DNA of 64,000 nt, from contig OZ242027.1 in assembly GCA_965204865.1 (NCBI GenBank), forward strand, positions 3,011,986 through 3,075,985, read 5' to 3'. This DNA is from Dehalococcoidia bacterium (lineage in GTDB: Bacteria > Chloroflexota > Dehalococcoidia > Lucifugimonadales > UBA3495). The notes under the pieces are model-generated. The model made no database searches and had not been told where the DNA came from. It saw nothing but the letters and a program-made list of their open reading frames with translations. Below are positions 45,789 through 56,230 of this stretch, piece by piece. A program made the translations under genes and the position numbers. How positions within the stretch are numbered: position 1 is the first letter of the stretch; every line of letters starts with the position of its first letter.

Positions 45789-47414
45789 ATGAATTGGTTT
45801 CTTGCGGCCGTTTTCTTGTCCTTGGCCGCGATGGGCTTTGTTGCCTGCGGCGACCCTGAACCCACTGCCACCCCCACCCCCACGTTGCCTCCGACGTCCA
45901 CGCCGGTGCCGACGCCAACAGCCACTGTTGCCCCGTCGCCGGTTCCGTCGCCCGTAGCCACGGCCGCTCCGACGGTCACGACAACGCCCACAGCTACGGC
46001 GGAGCCGGAGGTTCCCTGGGCGGCCGAGCGGATAGAGTGGAGCGAGTGCGGCCTTGGGGCGGAGTGCGGATTCGTGGAGGCGCCTGCGGACTACCGCAAT
46101 CCCGAGGCCGGCAGCATCAAGATAGCGGTCAACGTGCGCCGGGCCGCTTCCCTGGACGAGCGGATAGGCTACCTGTTCGTGAACCCCGGTGGGCCGGGCG
46201 AGAGCGGGGTGGATGTCGTCAGAGACTTTTATTACGAGATTTTCGCCGGTGAAGTCAGGAGACGTTTCGACATTGTGGGGTTCGACCCTCGCGGGGTCGG
46301 GGCGTCGGAGCCTGAGTTTGCCTGCGGCGCTCCGGGCGAGCGGTTGGAACTGCTTGCCGGTATCGAACTGCCCGTGGATACCCCGGAGGAGATAGCGGCC
46401 GGGGAAGCGGCGGCCAACCTGTGCATCCAGTCTATGGGGGCGGTGGGTGGGTTGCTGCACAGCGAGTATGTCGCCAGGGACATGGATGAAATACGCAAGG
46501 CCCTGGGCGTTGATGAAATTTCTTACATGGGATTCTCCTATGGCTCGGTGCTGGGGGTATGGTACGCCACGCTCTTTCCCCAGTCGGTCAGGGCGATGGT
46601 TGTTGACGGCGCTGACAATCCGGTGGACCCGGTTGACACCCGGCAGGAACGCATAGACGAGAGTATCGAGGAGGTCGGGCCCTTCGCCGTTCTGCTGGAA
46701 GAGGCGCTGGAAGCCTGCGCCGACCCGCAATGCCCGATATACAACGACGGGGACCCGGTGGGCTACTATATGCAGGCCGCAGAGAAACTGGACCTGGTCA
46801 ACCGGGCGGCAGCCAACCATCCTCTTGCCGGCCTGTTTGGAGTAATCACGGCCCTGTACAGCGAAGAGTTCTGGCCCTATCTGTGGCTGGGCTTGTATTT
46901 GTTACAGGAGCAGGACGACCCTTCCCTTCTGCTTGATCTCGCCTCGATCCAGCTTGGCGAAGACCCCAGCGTCCCTAGATTAACGGGACACGTCAATTGC
47001 CTGGACGGCTGGGTCATATACCCGGAGTTGGACCGTCAGACCAGGCTGGAGGACTCCGAAATCATTGATGCGGTCATCGAGGAGAGGTTCCCCTTATTGG
47101 CGGTGATGGACTTCTCGGCTCCCTCCGCCTGCCCCTTCTACGACCAGTTCGCACCCAACCCTCTGGATGTCGCTCTTGATGGCGGCGATGTGCCGATACT
47201 GGTAATCGGCAACCACTCCGACCCGGCTACTTCCTTCGGAGAGTCTGAAGAGCTGGTCACCGAGACGCTGAGCAACGGCTACCTGGTGGAAGTCTCCCAT
47301 CCCACGCATACCGTCTACCCCAACAATGCGTGCGTCAACAGCCATGTTCACAAGGCGCTGGTTGACGGGGAGTACCCCGGCGAGCGGCGGGTTTTCTGCG
47401 AGCGGGAGGGCTGA
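45789..47414 (+). CDS. Secreted/lipoprotein alpha/beta hydrolase (TAP-like)
   Basis: Signal region ending GFVACGDPEP, Pro/Thr-rich linker, VNPGGPGESGVD, YMGFSYGSVLGVWYA nucleophile elbow, C-terminal ILVIGNHSDPATSF. Confidence 0.82.
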   Translation: MNWFLAAVFLSLAAMGFVACGDPEPTATPTPTLPPTSTPVPTPTATVAPSPVPSPVATAAPTVTTTPTATAEPEVPWAAERIEWSECGLGAECGFVEAPADYRNPEAGSIKIAVNVRRAASLDERIGYLFVNPGGPGESGVDVVRDFYYEIFAGEVRRRFDIVGFDPRGVGASEPEFACGAPGERLELLAGIELPVDTPEEIAAGEAAANLCIQSMGAVGGLLHSEYVARDMDEIRKALGVDEISYMGFSYGSVLGVWYATLFPQSVRAMVVDGADNPVDPVDTRQERIDESIEEVGPFAVLLEEALEACADPQCPIYNDGDPVGYYMQAAEKLDLVNRAAANHPLAGLFGVITALYSEEFWPYLWLGLYLLQEQDDPSLLLDLASIQLGEDPSVPRLTGHVNCLDGWVIYPELDRQTRLEDSEIIDAVIEERFPLLAVMDFSAPSACPFYDQFAPNPLDVALDGGDVPILVIGNHSDPATSFGESEELVTETLSNGYLVEVSHPTHTVYPNNACVNSHVHKALVDGEYPGERRVFCEREG

Positions 47415-47464
47415 CGGGGCAGGACAATGGCAAGGTGTTTTCTTGCTGCCCGGGCTGTGGCTCT

Positions 47465-48046
47465 CTACGCCGTGCGGTCCATGCTCTCGCCGGTTTCGAG
47501 GCTGATGATGCGGGCGTTGGTTTCTTCGCCGTTGATTTCGAGGAGGCCGATGGTGCCGAGGCTGCCGCGGGGGTGGCGGCTGCCGGGGTAGGTGGGGCTG
47601 CCGGAGTTGACCATCAGGACGCCGTCCCAGCGGCAGATTAGTTCCTCGTGGGTGTCGCCGAAGAGGACTACGTCTACGGGTTGGCCGAATTTCCTGCGCA
47701 GGGTTTCCTCGGCTTTTCCTTTGGGCAGGACCAAGCCGGTGCCGTCGCCGGTGGTGGCTATCTTGGGCCCGGGCCACTGGATGTCGTGGGTCATGCCGAT
47801 GGCGAGGGCCCCGGCTTGGACTACGCGAGTGGCGTAGGCGAGGCGGTCGCCCTTTTCAACCGGGTCTTCGTAGCCGCGGACGGCGAGTACGGGAGCGACG
47901 GTTTCGAGGTAGTCGAGGACGCCGAGGCATTCGAGGTCGCCGCAGTGGAGGATGAGGTCAACGCCGCGTAGGGCCTGCAAGACCTTGTGGGGGAGGTCGC
48001 GGCCGCTGCCGGCGGAGTGGGTGTCGGAGATGAGGCCGATTTTCAT
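47465..48046 (-). CDS. YfcE/MJ0936-family metallophosphodiesterase
   Basis: KIGLISDTHSAGSG...DLILHCGDLE...VVLFGDTHEEL...VNSGSPTYPG. Confidence 0.87.
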   Translation of the reverse strand: MKIGLISDTHSAGSGRDLPHKVLQALRGVDLILHCGDLECLGVLDYLETVAPVLAVRGYEDPVEKGDRLAYATRVVQAGALAIGMTHDIQWPGPKIATTGDGTGLVLPKGKAEETLRRKFGQPVDVVLFGDTHEELICRWDGVLMVNSGSPTYPGSRHPRGSLGTIGLLEINGEETNARIISLETGESMDRTA

Positions 48047-48271
48047 AGGTGATTTATCATGGAGGCGAGGTTTCGGAATCCGCTTCGTTCTTCCAGGGGT
48101 ATCCGAGCTTGTTGAAGAGTTAAGGTCACCGGAAGGTAGGCAAACGGGGGTTTGGATTCCCGCCTTCGCGGGAATGACGGGTGGGTGCGGGAATGACGGG
48201 CGGGGTGCGGGAATGACGGAGGTCCGGCCCGTGATCCAGGGTGTGCTCCGGCGGTAGATGAACGCTCATGA

Positions 48272-48874
48272 TCAGTTCAGGTTGTCCCAGAGGGCGAAGT
48301 AGTCGGGGGACTCGCCCCGGACGGCCTGGGTGAGCTCCTGGCGGTTGAGCCGCTGCATTATTTCCGATTCCTGGGCGGCCAGGTCGGTGAATCTGCGTTC
48401 CCAATCGGGCAGGGACTCGTTGCCGCCGGGTCTTTGCAGCAGATCACGGAGGGCGGCCAGCACCGCGTCGGAGTGGACCGAGACCGCGCCGCCGGTGACG
48501 ACGTAGACGACCACGGTGGGCAGGTCGGCGGCGTTGATTTCAGAGCCTAGAATATCGTGGTCGTTGAGATGCACGCCCAGCCGGTCGAGGATGAACATCA
48601 TCGCCACCTCGCGGATGGCTTCCTCGAAGTGCATGGTCAGGTTCATCAGGTGGGCGAAGGGGTAGTCTCCCATCTCGCGCAGGGCGTGGGAGAACTCGTG
48701 CTCGACGGCGCGGAAGAAATCGTCGCCGAAGACATCGTCGACGTTCAGCGACCGTACCGGCGGCTGCCCGGCGCGGGAGTCGAACACGAGGAACTCGCGC
48801 AGGTGCGGGAAGATGCAGAGCTGGAGGTCGGGAAATCCGGCCTCGGGATGGGCGGGGTTGAAGAACTGTTCCAT
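48272..48874 (-). CDS. Hypothetical protein
   Basis: ORF of about 200 aa (MEQFFNPAHPEAGFPDLQLCIFPHLREFLVFDSRAG...). Confidence 0.55.
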   Translation of the reverse strand: MEQFFNPAHPEAGFPDLQLCIFPHLREFLVFDSRAGQPPVRSLNVDDVFGDDFFRAVEHEFSHALREMGDYPFAHLMNLTMHFEEAIREVAMMFILDRLGVHLNDHDILGSEINAADLPTVVVYVVTGGAVSVHSDAVLAALRDLLQRPGGNESLPDWERRFTDLAAQESEIMQRLNRQELTQAVRGESPDYFALWDNLN

Positions 48875-49006
48875 GACAGTCACTTTACGCCTATGTGGGG
48901 GAATAATCCAGCGGTTCATTAATTGACATGGATGGACAGGATATACAGGATGATTTGATGGATGTTGCCAAAATCCTGTGCATCCTGTCCATCCATGTCA
49001 ATAATC

Positions 49007-50539
49007 CTAGAGCAGGGCGGCGATGTCCTGGAACTGGCGGGATAGCCAGTCGTCGTTGTCGTGGCGGCAGACGGCGTTGTAGAGGAGGGCGGCGCGGCGC
49101 CGGCGTTCCTCCGGGGGCATGGTGATGGCCCGGTAGAGGGTTTGGGCCGTGCCTTCGACGTCGGCGGGGGCTAGGGTCAGGGCGCCCTCGGCCAGTTGGC
49201 GGTAGGCCCCGCTGCTCTGAGAGAGGGCCAGCACGCCGTTGCGCCGGTTGACCACCGGCCCTTCCTGAGCCACCGGGTTTGTGCCTTCCACCAACGTGTT
49301 GACCAGCAGCGCGTCGTATAGCTTCATTCCGGCGACGGCCTGGGCGTAGTTGTTTTCGATGAAGGGAGTAATGGGCTGCCAGCCATTGAAGGCGTGGGTG
49401 TTGTTGACCTGCTCGATGGTCTGTTTCACTTCGTCGAGGTAGCGCTGGTACTGGCGGATGTGAGTGCGGGATGGCACGAGGAAGGCCAGGAACTTGACGC
49501 GCCCCTTCAATTCCGGGCGCTGGGAGAGCATTTGCCCGTAGGCGCGGAAGCCGCGGATGATGTTCTTGTTGGGTTCGGCCCGGTCTATGCGGACGATGGT
49601 GAACTCGCCGGCTTCGGCCTGCAAGCGGGCTTCGTATTCGAGGGTGCGGGGCGCGTCGGCGATGCGCTGCACTTCCTCGACGTTGATGGAGGCGGGGTAG
49701 ACCTTCACGTTGCAGAGATGGCCGGCCAGCTCCACCACTTCGGCTATCCGGCCAACCTGGGCCTGGGGCACGAACTCCTCCACCGTGTCGAAGAAGCTGC
49801 GGCGGTCCTGGGGCGTCTGGAAGCCCACGATGTCGGCCAGGCACAGGGACTCGCAGATGCGGCGGACGATGTAGCGGGGAATCATGCTCCAGTACAGGGG
49901 CGTAGGCCAGGGGACGTGAACGTAGTGCTGGATTACCGCCTCCGGCAGCTCGTGGCGCACCAGCTCGGGCAGCAGGTATAGGTGGTAGTCGTGGCCCATT
50001 ATCACCGGCGGCTTTCTGCTGGTCCTGGCTTCGTCAATCACCGTCTTGGCGAAGGCTTCGTTGACCGGAACGTAGCCGGTTTCCCAAGCGTCGTGGATGC
50101 CGGCGTCCACGGTGGGATTGTAGGGCGGATTCCACAGGTAGTGTTGCAGGAACCACAACAGCGGGTTGCAGATTACGTTGTAATACTTGTGGTAGGCGCG
50201 GCGGGGCGTGACCACGTAACGCAGGCTTATCCGGTGGTCGGGCATCTGGGACTTGACGCTCATGCCGACGCCGCTGGCGGACACCTGACGGTCGCCCTCG
50301 CCCATGGCGTGGGATACCCAGGTGAAGGGGAAGTCCTGGGCCAGGGAACCGTAGGCGGTGGCGACGCTGCCGCTGCCCCGGCGCGGCTGGGGTTTCCCGT
50401 CCGTTGCCTGATGCTCGACCGGGCCGCGGTTGCTGACCAGTATCAGGGAACGCCGCGAGAGAACAGCGGCGCACAGTTCGTTCAAGTCTGCCGCGCCGTC
50501 TTCGAGGACTTCGCCGAAATTGTGGCTATCTATCGCCAT
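49007..50539 (-). CDS. Trehalose-6-phosphate synthase-like glycosyltransferase (GT20)
   Basis: VSNRGPVEH...IMGHDYHLYLLPELVR...HVPWPTPLYWSMIPRY...KLYDALLVNTLVEGTNPVAQEG. Confidence 0.82.
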   Translation of the reverse strand: MAIDSHNFGEVLEDGAADLNELCAAVLSRRSLILVSNRGPVEHQATDGKPQPRRGSGSVATAYGSLAQDFPFTWVSHAMGEGDRQVSASGVGMSVKSQMPDHRISLRYVVTPRRAYHKYYNVICNPLLWFLQHYLWNPPYNPTVDAGIHDAWETGYVPVNEAFAKTVIDEARTSRKPPVIMGHDYHLYLLPELVRHELPEAVIQHYVHVPWPTPLYWSMIPRYIVRRICESLCLADIVGFQTPQDRRSFFDTVEEFVPQAQVGRIAEVVELAGHLCNVKVYPASINVEEVQRIADAPRTLEYEARLQAEAGEFTIVRIDRAEPNKNIIRGFRAYGQMLSQRPELKGRVKFLAFLVPSRTHIRQYQRYLDEVKQTIEQVNNTHAFNGWQPITPFIENNYAQAVAGMKLYDALLVNTLVEGTNPVAQEGPVVNRRNGVLALSQSSGAYRQLAEGALTLAPADVEGTAQTLYRAITMPPEERRRRAALLYNAVCRHDNDDWLSRQFQDIAALL

Positions 50540-50795
50540 GGATGTGGTTTCCGCCGTGACGAATTAGGGCGTGTTGACATTTCACCGTCATTCCGGCGAA
50601 AGCCGGAATCCAGGGGGTTCCGTGGGCAAACCATTCTACGGCATAGTGCGATTCTGGATTCCGGCTTTCGCCGGAATGACGGAATTAAAAGTGGGCGCGT
50701 TGTTTGATGCTGGGAATTCACCCTCATCCCCTGCTTTCGCAGGGGCAGGCTCTAACCCTCCCCCTCAAACGGAGAGGGGATTTGGCACACACCTC

Positions 50796-51563
50796 TTAGG
50801 AGGCGCGCCGGTAGAGACGCTCAATGGCCGGGACGACCGCACCCAGCCCGTCCACGGTTTCGTCCGGCTCGGTGGCCGGGTCGGAGGGGTCTTCGCGCTC
50901 GCTGAAGCCGGTAATCCAGACGGTCTTGAGGCCGCACTTCCTGGCACCGGCCACATCGTTGCGGATGCTGTCGCCGACGTGGACCGTCCGGTTTGGGGCG
51001 GCGTCCAGGGAGCGCAGGGTCATCAGGAATATCTCTTCCGCCGGTTTGGACAGCTTCACTTCGTCGGAGAAGGTCAGCGTGTCGAAGTAGTCCAGCATTC
51101 CGGTGTTGGCCAGGTAGGTGCGAAAGGTGGTTCCCGGCGTCATTCCGGTGTTGGAAATCAGTCCGATGCGAAGGCCCATGTCGCGGACGCTCTGGAGCAC
51201 GTCTACCGCGTCGGCGTGGGCCGGGGGAGCGTAGTCCAAGAAGGAATCGGCGTAGACACGGGTGATTTCGGCCAACGTATCGGCGCTCAGCCGGTCTCCC
51301 AGGCCGGGGCTGATGTTCTCGACGAATATGCCAATCTGCTCATCGAAACTTACGTCCAGCAGCCCCTCGCGGATTGCCACGCACTGGCGGTAGCAGTCCC
51401 AATAGGCTTCGCTGATGCGCTGGGCGTCGAATACCTCGCCGCAGTCGGCCAGGACGCGCCGCACACCTTTAAGCCGGGCCTCGGAACGTGTAAGTCCCAG
51501 TTCCCGGTTGTCAATCAGCAGCGTTTGCCACAGGTCGAAGGTGACGGCGGTGAGTTCAGGCAA
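50796..51563 (-). CDS. HAD family hydrolase
   Basis: VTFDLWQTLL, GLISNTG, KPAEEIF, HVGDSIRNDVAGARKCGLKTVWI. TTG start at 51563 inferred. Confidence 0.8.
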   Translation of the reverse strand: MPELTAVTFDLWQTLLIDNRELGLTRSEARLKGVRRVLADCGEVFDAQRISEAYWDCYRQCVAIREGLLDVSFDEQIGIFVENISPGLGDRLSADTLAEITRVYADSFLDYAPPAHADAVDVLQSVRDMGLRIGLISNTGMTPGTTFRTYLANTGMLDYFDTLTFSDEVKLSKPAEEIFLMTLRSLDAAPNRTVHVGDSIRNDVAGARKCGLKTVWITGFSEREDPSDPATEPDETVDGLGAVVPAIERLYRRAS

Positions 51564-51621
51564 GGCGGTATCCTCATACGGGATTTTAACATGGATGGAC
51601 AGGATGGACAGGATATGGGAT

Positions 51622-51765
51622 AGCGTTCCGTTTTCAGGTGGTCCGATTGAATGACGACGGGGGTTTGGATTCCCGCCTGCGCGGGATGACGGGGAGGGCT
51701 GGGAATGACGGCGTGGGTGCGGGAATGGCGGGTTGTCGGCGGTAATGCCACCTAATTTGGAAAGC
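51622..51765. mobile_element. MITE-like element copy 3 (144 bp)
   Basis: Left end AGCGTTCCGTTTTCAGGTGG, right end CCACCTAATTTGGAAAGCT; internal ATTCCCGCCTGCGCGGGAT-type palindrome. Confidence 0.65.
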
Positions 51766-51769
51766 TGCC

Positions 51770-53182
51770 CTACAGGGGCGGTCTTCGGGTGTGCCAGTCG
51801 GTGGACTGCTCGTAGGCGTGGGCGGCGCGGAGGACGGTTTCTTCGTCGAAGGGGCGGCCGGCGAGTTGGAGGCCGATGGGGAGGCCGTCTGCGGAGAAGC
51901 CGCAAGGTACGGAGATGGCCGGGAAGCCGGTGATGTTGTAGGGGCGGGTGTACTGGGTGAGGGCGGGTACGGTGCCGATTTCCTGCTCGCCGGCGAGGAC
52001 CTGCTGCTGCAACAGGGGCGGCGCGGTGACCGGCTCGGTGGGGCCGGCGAGGAGGTCGACGTCGTCGAGGAGGCGGCGGGCGGCGCGGTCGAAGGCGGCG
52101 CGGGCCTGCTGGGCGCGGAGGTAGTCGGCGGCAGAGATGAAGAGGCCGGCTTCGAGGCGCAGGCGGACGGGTTCGTAGAGCTTGTCGCCGTCGTTGGTCA
52201 GCACGTCGCGCAGGGCGGCGGAGGCCTCGGCCATCAGCATGGTGGTGGAGATGGGAGCGGCGTCGTTGAACTCGGGGAAGTCTACCTCGACCAGCTCTGC
52301 GCCCAGGGCTTCGAGCTGCGACAGGGCCGCGTTGACGCTGCCGCGCACTTCGGGGTCGAGGGGGGCCTCGAAGTGCTGGCGAGGGACGCCGATGCGGAGG
52401 CCGCGTATATCGCCGGTGAGGGCGGCGGCGTAGTCGGGGACGGGCAGGGTGGACGATGCGACGTCGCGGGGGTCGTGTCCGGCGATGACATTCATGGTGA
52501 TGGCGGCGTCCTCGACGGTGCGCGTCATGGGGCCGGGGTGGTCCATGGACCAAGCGAGAGGGGTCAGGCCATGGCGGCTGACGCGCCCGTAGGTGGGCTT
52601 GAGGCCGACGATGCCGCAGAGGGCGGCGGGGATGCGGATGGAGCCGCCGGTGTCGCTGCCGGTGGTGATGGCACACTGGCCCGCCGCCGTCGCGGAGCCG
52701 GAGCCGCCGCTGGAACCGCCGCTGACACGCTCCGGGTTCCAGGGGTTGTGCATATGGCCGTAGTCAGGGTTCTCGCCGGTGGGCCCGTAGGCAAACTGGT
52801 GCATATTCAGCTTGCCAATGAGGATGGCGCCGGCCTCGCGGAAGCGGGCGGCGACGGTGCAGTCCTCGGCAGGGACGAAGGTGTCGAAGATACGGGAGCC
52901 GGAGGTGGTGCGGACGCCGCCGGTGTTGAACAGGTCTTTGAGGCCCACGGGGATGCCGTGGAGGGGGCCACGGTAGCGCCCGGCGCGGATGTCGCGCTCG
53001 GCCTGCCGGGCCGACGCCAGAGCCTCGTCGGGCAGGAGGGTGATGAAGGAGTTGAGCACCGGCTCGGTGGCGCGGATGCGGGAGAGATGGGCCTCGATGA
53101 CTTCGACGGGCGAGATTTCGCCGTCGCGGATGAGGCGACCGAGGTCACCGGCGTTCATGTAGCAGATTTCGAGTTCGTCCAC
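51770..53182 (-). CDS. Amidase signature family protein
   Basis: GPLHGIPVGLKDLFNTGGVRTTSGSRIF; GGSSGGSGSATAAGQCAITTGSDTGGSIRIPAALCGIVGLKPTYGRVSRHG. Confidence 0.92.
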   Translation of the reverse strand: MDELEICYMNAGDLGRLIRDGEISPVEVIEAHLSRIRATEPVLNSFITLLPDEALASARQAERDIRAGRYRGPLHGIPVGLKDLFNTGGVRTTSGSRIFDTFVPAEDCTVAARFREAGAILIGKLNMHQFAYGPTGENPDYGHMHNPWNPERVSGGSSGGSGSATAAGQCAITTGSDTGGSIRIPAALCGIVGLKPTYGRVSRHGLTPLAWSMDHPGPMTRTVEDAAITMNVIAGHDPRDVASSTLPVPDYAAALTGDIRGLRIGVPRQHFEAPLDPEVRGSVNAALSQLEALGAELVEVDFPEFNDAAPISTTMLMAEASAALRDVLTNDGDKLYEPVRLRLEAGLFISAADYLRAQQARAAFDRAARRLLDDVDLLAGPTEPVTAPPLLQQQVLAGEQEIGTVPALTQYTRPYNITGFPAISVPCGFSADGLPIGLQLAGRPFDEETVLRAAHAYEQSTDWHTRRPPL

Positions 53183-53234
53183 GGCCTACCCCCGGAAGTT
53201 TGGAATGTTGATTCCCGGGCTGCCGGGAATGAAG

Positions 53235-53444
53235 TTATGAGGCTCCGGAGCCCGGGCCACGCGGAATGAAGGCCATGTCCGGCTCGGTATCGCTCACGTC
53301 GATGTTGCGCAGCGATGCCGTGCCCGCTAGGACGCCGCGCAGTTGGCTGTACAGCTCGTCCATGTGGGCGTCGGTGCCGGTGATGCCCAAGCGGGCCGCC
53401 GCTTCGTCGAAGGCCTGGCGGGATATGGGCGCATCGTCGGGCAT
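53235..53444 (-). CDS. Small GatC/AtzG-like protein adjacent to amidase
   Basis: MPDDAPISRQAFDEAAARLGI...LRNIDVSDTEPDMAFIP directly upstream of the amidase. Confidence 0.5.
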   Translation of the reverse strand: MPDDAPISRQAFDEAAARLGITGTDAHMDELYSQLRGVLAGTASLRNIDVSDTEPDMAFIPRGPGSGAS

Positions 53445-53607
53445 ATTGTGCAGCCTCCTGAGAATCCCTCTTGCCTGCGGCAGAAGGTCAAAGTATGGGC
53501 CAGCCTGTGGGCCATTATGTCCCACCGCCCCTGCCCTTGCAAACTGCCCGTCTGCGTCCGCTTGCGCCGCCGCCGGATTGCCCGTATGTTGTTACCCGCT
53601 GACTGCG

Positions 53608-54423
53608 ATGAATATGACGAATCCCGACCTGCATTGCGCTAACTGCGGACTACTGTCAGCTCCCGGCGGCCGTTACTGCACTGGCTGTGGGGCATCTTTG
53701 CCCCTAGCGTCGGCGCCGGTTCCGGCACCCGGAGAAGACAGCGAGGTTCCGTGGACTCCGGTGCATGTCACGGTTGGCCTCTTCCTGTTCTTGGGGCTGC
53801 TGATTGCCGCCGCCTTTGTCGCCAGGGGAGTTGGGCCGCTGTATCCGGCGCATGAGCAGGCGTTGCAGACCTGGGTTGGAGTCCACCTGCTGGCCTTGTG
53901 CGCTGGCGCTGTGGTGTGGTTCATGGGCGCGCGTAGGGCGGTTTCTCCGGCGCGGGCGCTGGGGCTGGTCATGCCACGCACGTCGCTGGGGATGTCTGCG
54001 ACGCTGGCACTGGCGGCGCTGGCGGCCAGCATACTGGCGACCTTTGTTTACGGCCTGGCCGTGGACAGCCTGGGGCTGGAGTCGCTGCGCCCGCCGGAGA
54101 TAGAGGACGGGACCATCTTTCCGGGTATTGGGATTCTGCTTACTCTCCAGGCCCTCGCTGTTGTTACACCCCTCAGCGAGGAGGTGCTGTTTCGGGGGTT
54201 CGTGCTGCGGGGGCTGCTTCCCAGCATAGGCGCCGGGCCTGCCGTGGTTGCCACGGCGCTGCTGTTCAGCGTCCTGCACCTGGAGCCGCAAGTGATGATT
54301 CCCATATTCATCACCGGGCTGGCCTTGGGGTTGTTGTATGTCAGGACCGGGTCGGTGTGGCCCTGTATCGCGGCCCACGCCGGGCAGAACGCCCTGGCGC
54401 TGCTGGCGGTGAGGTTCCTGTAA
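53608..54423 (+). CDS. CPBP family intramembrane metalloprotease with N-terminal zinc ribbon
   Basis: CANCGLLSAPGGRYCTGCG; PLSEEVLFRGFVLRGL; ALLFSVLHLE; HAGQNALAL. Confidence 0.82.
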   Translation: MNMTNPDLHCANCGLLSAPGGRYCTGCGASLPLASAPVPAPGEDSEVPWTPVHVTVGLFLFLGLLIAAAFVARGVGPLYPAHEQALQTWVGVHLLALCAGAVVWFMGARRAVSPARALGLVMPRTSLGMSATLALAALAASILATFVYGLAVDSLGLESLRPPEIEDGTIFPGIGILLTLQALAVVTPLSEEVLFRGFVLRGLLPSIGAGPAVVATALLFSVLHLEPQVMIPIFITGLALGLLYVRTGSVWPCIAAHAGQNALALLAVRFL

Positions 54424-54760
54424 ACGTTTTTGCAGATTGCAGAAGACTAGGTTGTGTTGACATTTGCGATACAGCCGTCCGCAATCCCAAACCGTCATTC
54501 CCGGCAGCCGCGGGAATCCAAACCCCCGTTACCCCACAGTCCCCTGCGTCCCGCGTCTCCCCGCACAGGCAGGTGTGTTAATGACCGTCGAGACCTGGGG
54601 CGCCGGGGTTTGGATTCCCGCCCCCCGCCTTCGCGGGGGCAGGCTTAGCGGGAATGACGGGTAAATGTCAACAAACCCTAGACACCGCTATTGCTGTGGG
54701 TTACATTTGGCGTATTCGGTAATCATATCTACGGAATCTGGGCAGGGCATTTTCCGGGTA

Positions 54761-55591
54761 ATGGGCAAAGAGCGTATCGAGCGGATGTTTGCCAGCGTCC
54801 GGGAGCGGGAGCGTCCCGGACTTATCGTATTTCTGACCGCCGGGGTTCCCGACATGGAGGCCACGCTGGAACTGGTTCCGGCGCTGGTGGCAGCCGGTGC
54901 CGACGCCGTGGAGCTGGGAGTGCCTTTCAGCGATCCGCTGGCCGAGGGGCCGGTCATCCAGCAGTCGAGCTTTCTGGCGTTGCAGAAGGGCGTGAGCACC
55001 GCCGATTGCCTGCGGGCCACCGAGACGCTGCGCCACCGGATTCCCGACGCGCCGCTGATACTGATGGGCTACTACAACCCGGTGCTTTCCTATGGCATCT
55101 CGCCCTTTGCCGCCGAGTGCCAGCGCGTGGGGGTGGACGGTCTCATCACCGTGGACTTGCCCGGAACGGAGTCGGGGCCGCTGGCCGCCGAGTGCGACAG
55201 CCGCGACATTTCGCTTATTCCCCTGCTGGCGCCTACCAGCACCGAGGAAAGTATTGCCGAGTCCTGCCGCAACGCCAGCGGGTTCGTGTACTGCGTCAGC
55301 GTTACCGGCGTTACCGGAGCGCGAATGGAGGTCTCCGGACGGGGGCTGGAACTGCTTGAGCGGGTTCGCGCTCATACCGGCCTGCCGCTGGCCCTCGGGT
55401 TCGGAATTTCAGCGCCGGAGCACGTGGTCGAGGTCGGCAGGACAGCCGACGCCGCCGTGGTGGGCAGCGCGCTGGTGCGGATTACGCTGGAATCGCCCCG
55501 GGACGAAGTGGTGGAACGAGCGAGCGCCTTCGTGGCGTCGCTGGCCGGGCGGACTCCCGCCGCGCAGTCCGCAGACGGAGGACGCCGATGA
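54761..55591 (+). CDS. trpA: Tryptophan synthase alpha chain
   Basis: VFLTAGVPDMEATLELVPALVAAGADAVELGVPFSDPLAEGPVIQ; VTGARMEVSG; ALGFGISAPEHV. Confidence 0.93.
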   Translation: MGKERIERMFASVRERERPGLIVFLTAGVPDMEATLELVPALVAAGADAVELGVPFSDPLAEGPVIQQSSFLALQKGVSTADCLRATETLRHRIPDAPLILMGYYNPVLSYGISPFAAECQRVGVDGLITVDLPGTESGPLAAECDSRDISLIPLLAPTSTEESIAESCRNASGFVYCVSVTGVTGARMEVSGRGLELLERVRAHTGLPLALGFGISAPEHVVEVGRTADAAVVGSALVRITLESPRDEVVERASAFVASLAGRTPAAQSADGGRR

Positions 55592-55941
55592 CCGTCTGCC
55601 GGGGGATACGGGGGGCCACGACCGCCGAGGCCAACACCGGCGAGGCCATCCATGGCGCGACCACCGAATTGCTGGAGGCGCTTATCGAGGCCAACGGGCT
55701 GGAGGAGAAGGATTTGGCGTCGGTGATTTTCACGATGACGCCGGACCTGAACGCGGTGTTTCCCGCCGCCGCCGCCCGCCGGTTGGGGTGGAACAGCACG
55801 GCCCTGCTGGGCGCGGTGGAAGTGGATGTGCCGGGCAGCTTGAACCGCTGCATCAGGATACTTATACTGGTGAACACCGATAAACAACCCGGGGAGCTGG
55901 TAAACGTTTATTTGCGAGGAACCGAGACTCTCAGATCCTGA
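55588..55941 (+). CDS. aroH: Chorismate mutase, AroH type
   Basis: CRGIRGATTAEANTGEAIHGATTELLEALIEANGLEEKDLASVIFTMTPDLNAVFPAAAAR; overlaps trpA end. Confidence 0.88.
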   Translation: MTVCRGIRGATTAEANTGEAIHGATTELLEALIEANGLEEKDLASVIFTMTPDLNAVFPAAAARRLGWNSTALLGAVEVDVPGSLNRCIRILILVNTDKQPGELVNVYLRGTETLRS

Positions 55942-56230
55942 TGCGGGTCTCGAATTACTGACTCGTGAATGAATTGGTAAACAATACCGTCATTCCGGCT
56001 TTCGCCGGAATCCAGGGATGTTGTCCTCCAGCTACGTTCTTTGTGCCTGGCGTTTTCTGGATTCCGGCTTTCGCCGGAATGACGGGTAACTGGCCCGAAA
56101 TATTTACCAATCAATTCACCCATCAGTAAGTCGCAGGCCCTTCGAGGAGAGGAGCCGGGTGCGATTGCGCTGAAACCGCTATCAAAACTTGTTGACTTCA
56201 ACCCGGAGGGCGAGTAGTATCTATTACATA

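Noticed and set aside
45566-45859. ORF 97 aa overlapping the start of the TAP-like hydrolase
   Set aside because: Out-of-frame, arginine-rich translation typical of GC-rich shadow ORFs.
49007-51563. Trehalose operon otsA-otsB
   Set aside because: The adjacent HAD protein has a HAD-IA type layout rather than clear OtsB features; adjacency alone is not enough to assign trehalose-phosphatase.
50796-52676. 626-aa minus-strand ORF as one protein
   Set aside because: Only the C-terminal part is HAD-like; the rest is out-of-frame translation across repeats and the antisense/alternate frame of the amidase gene.
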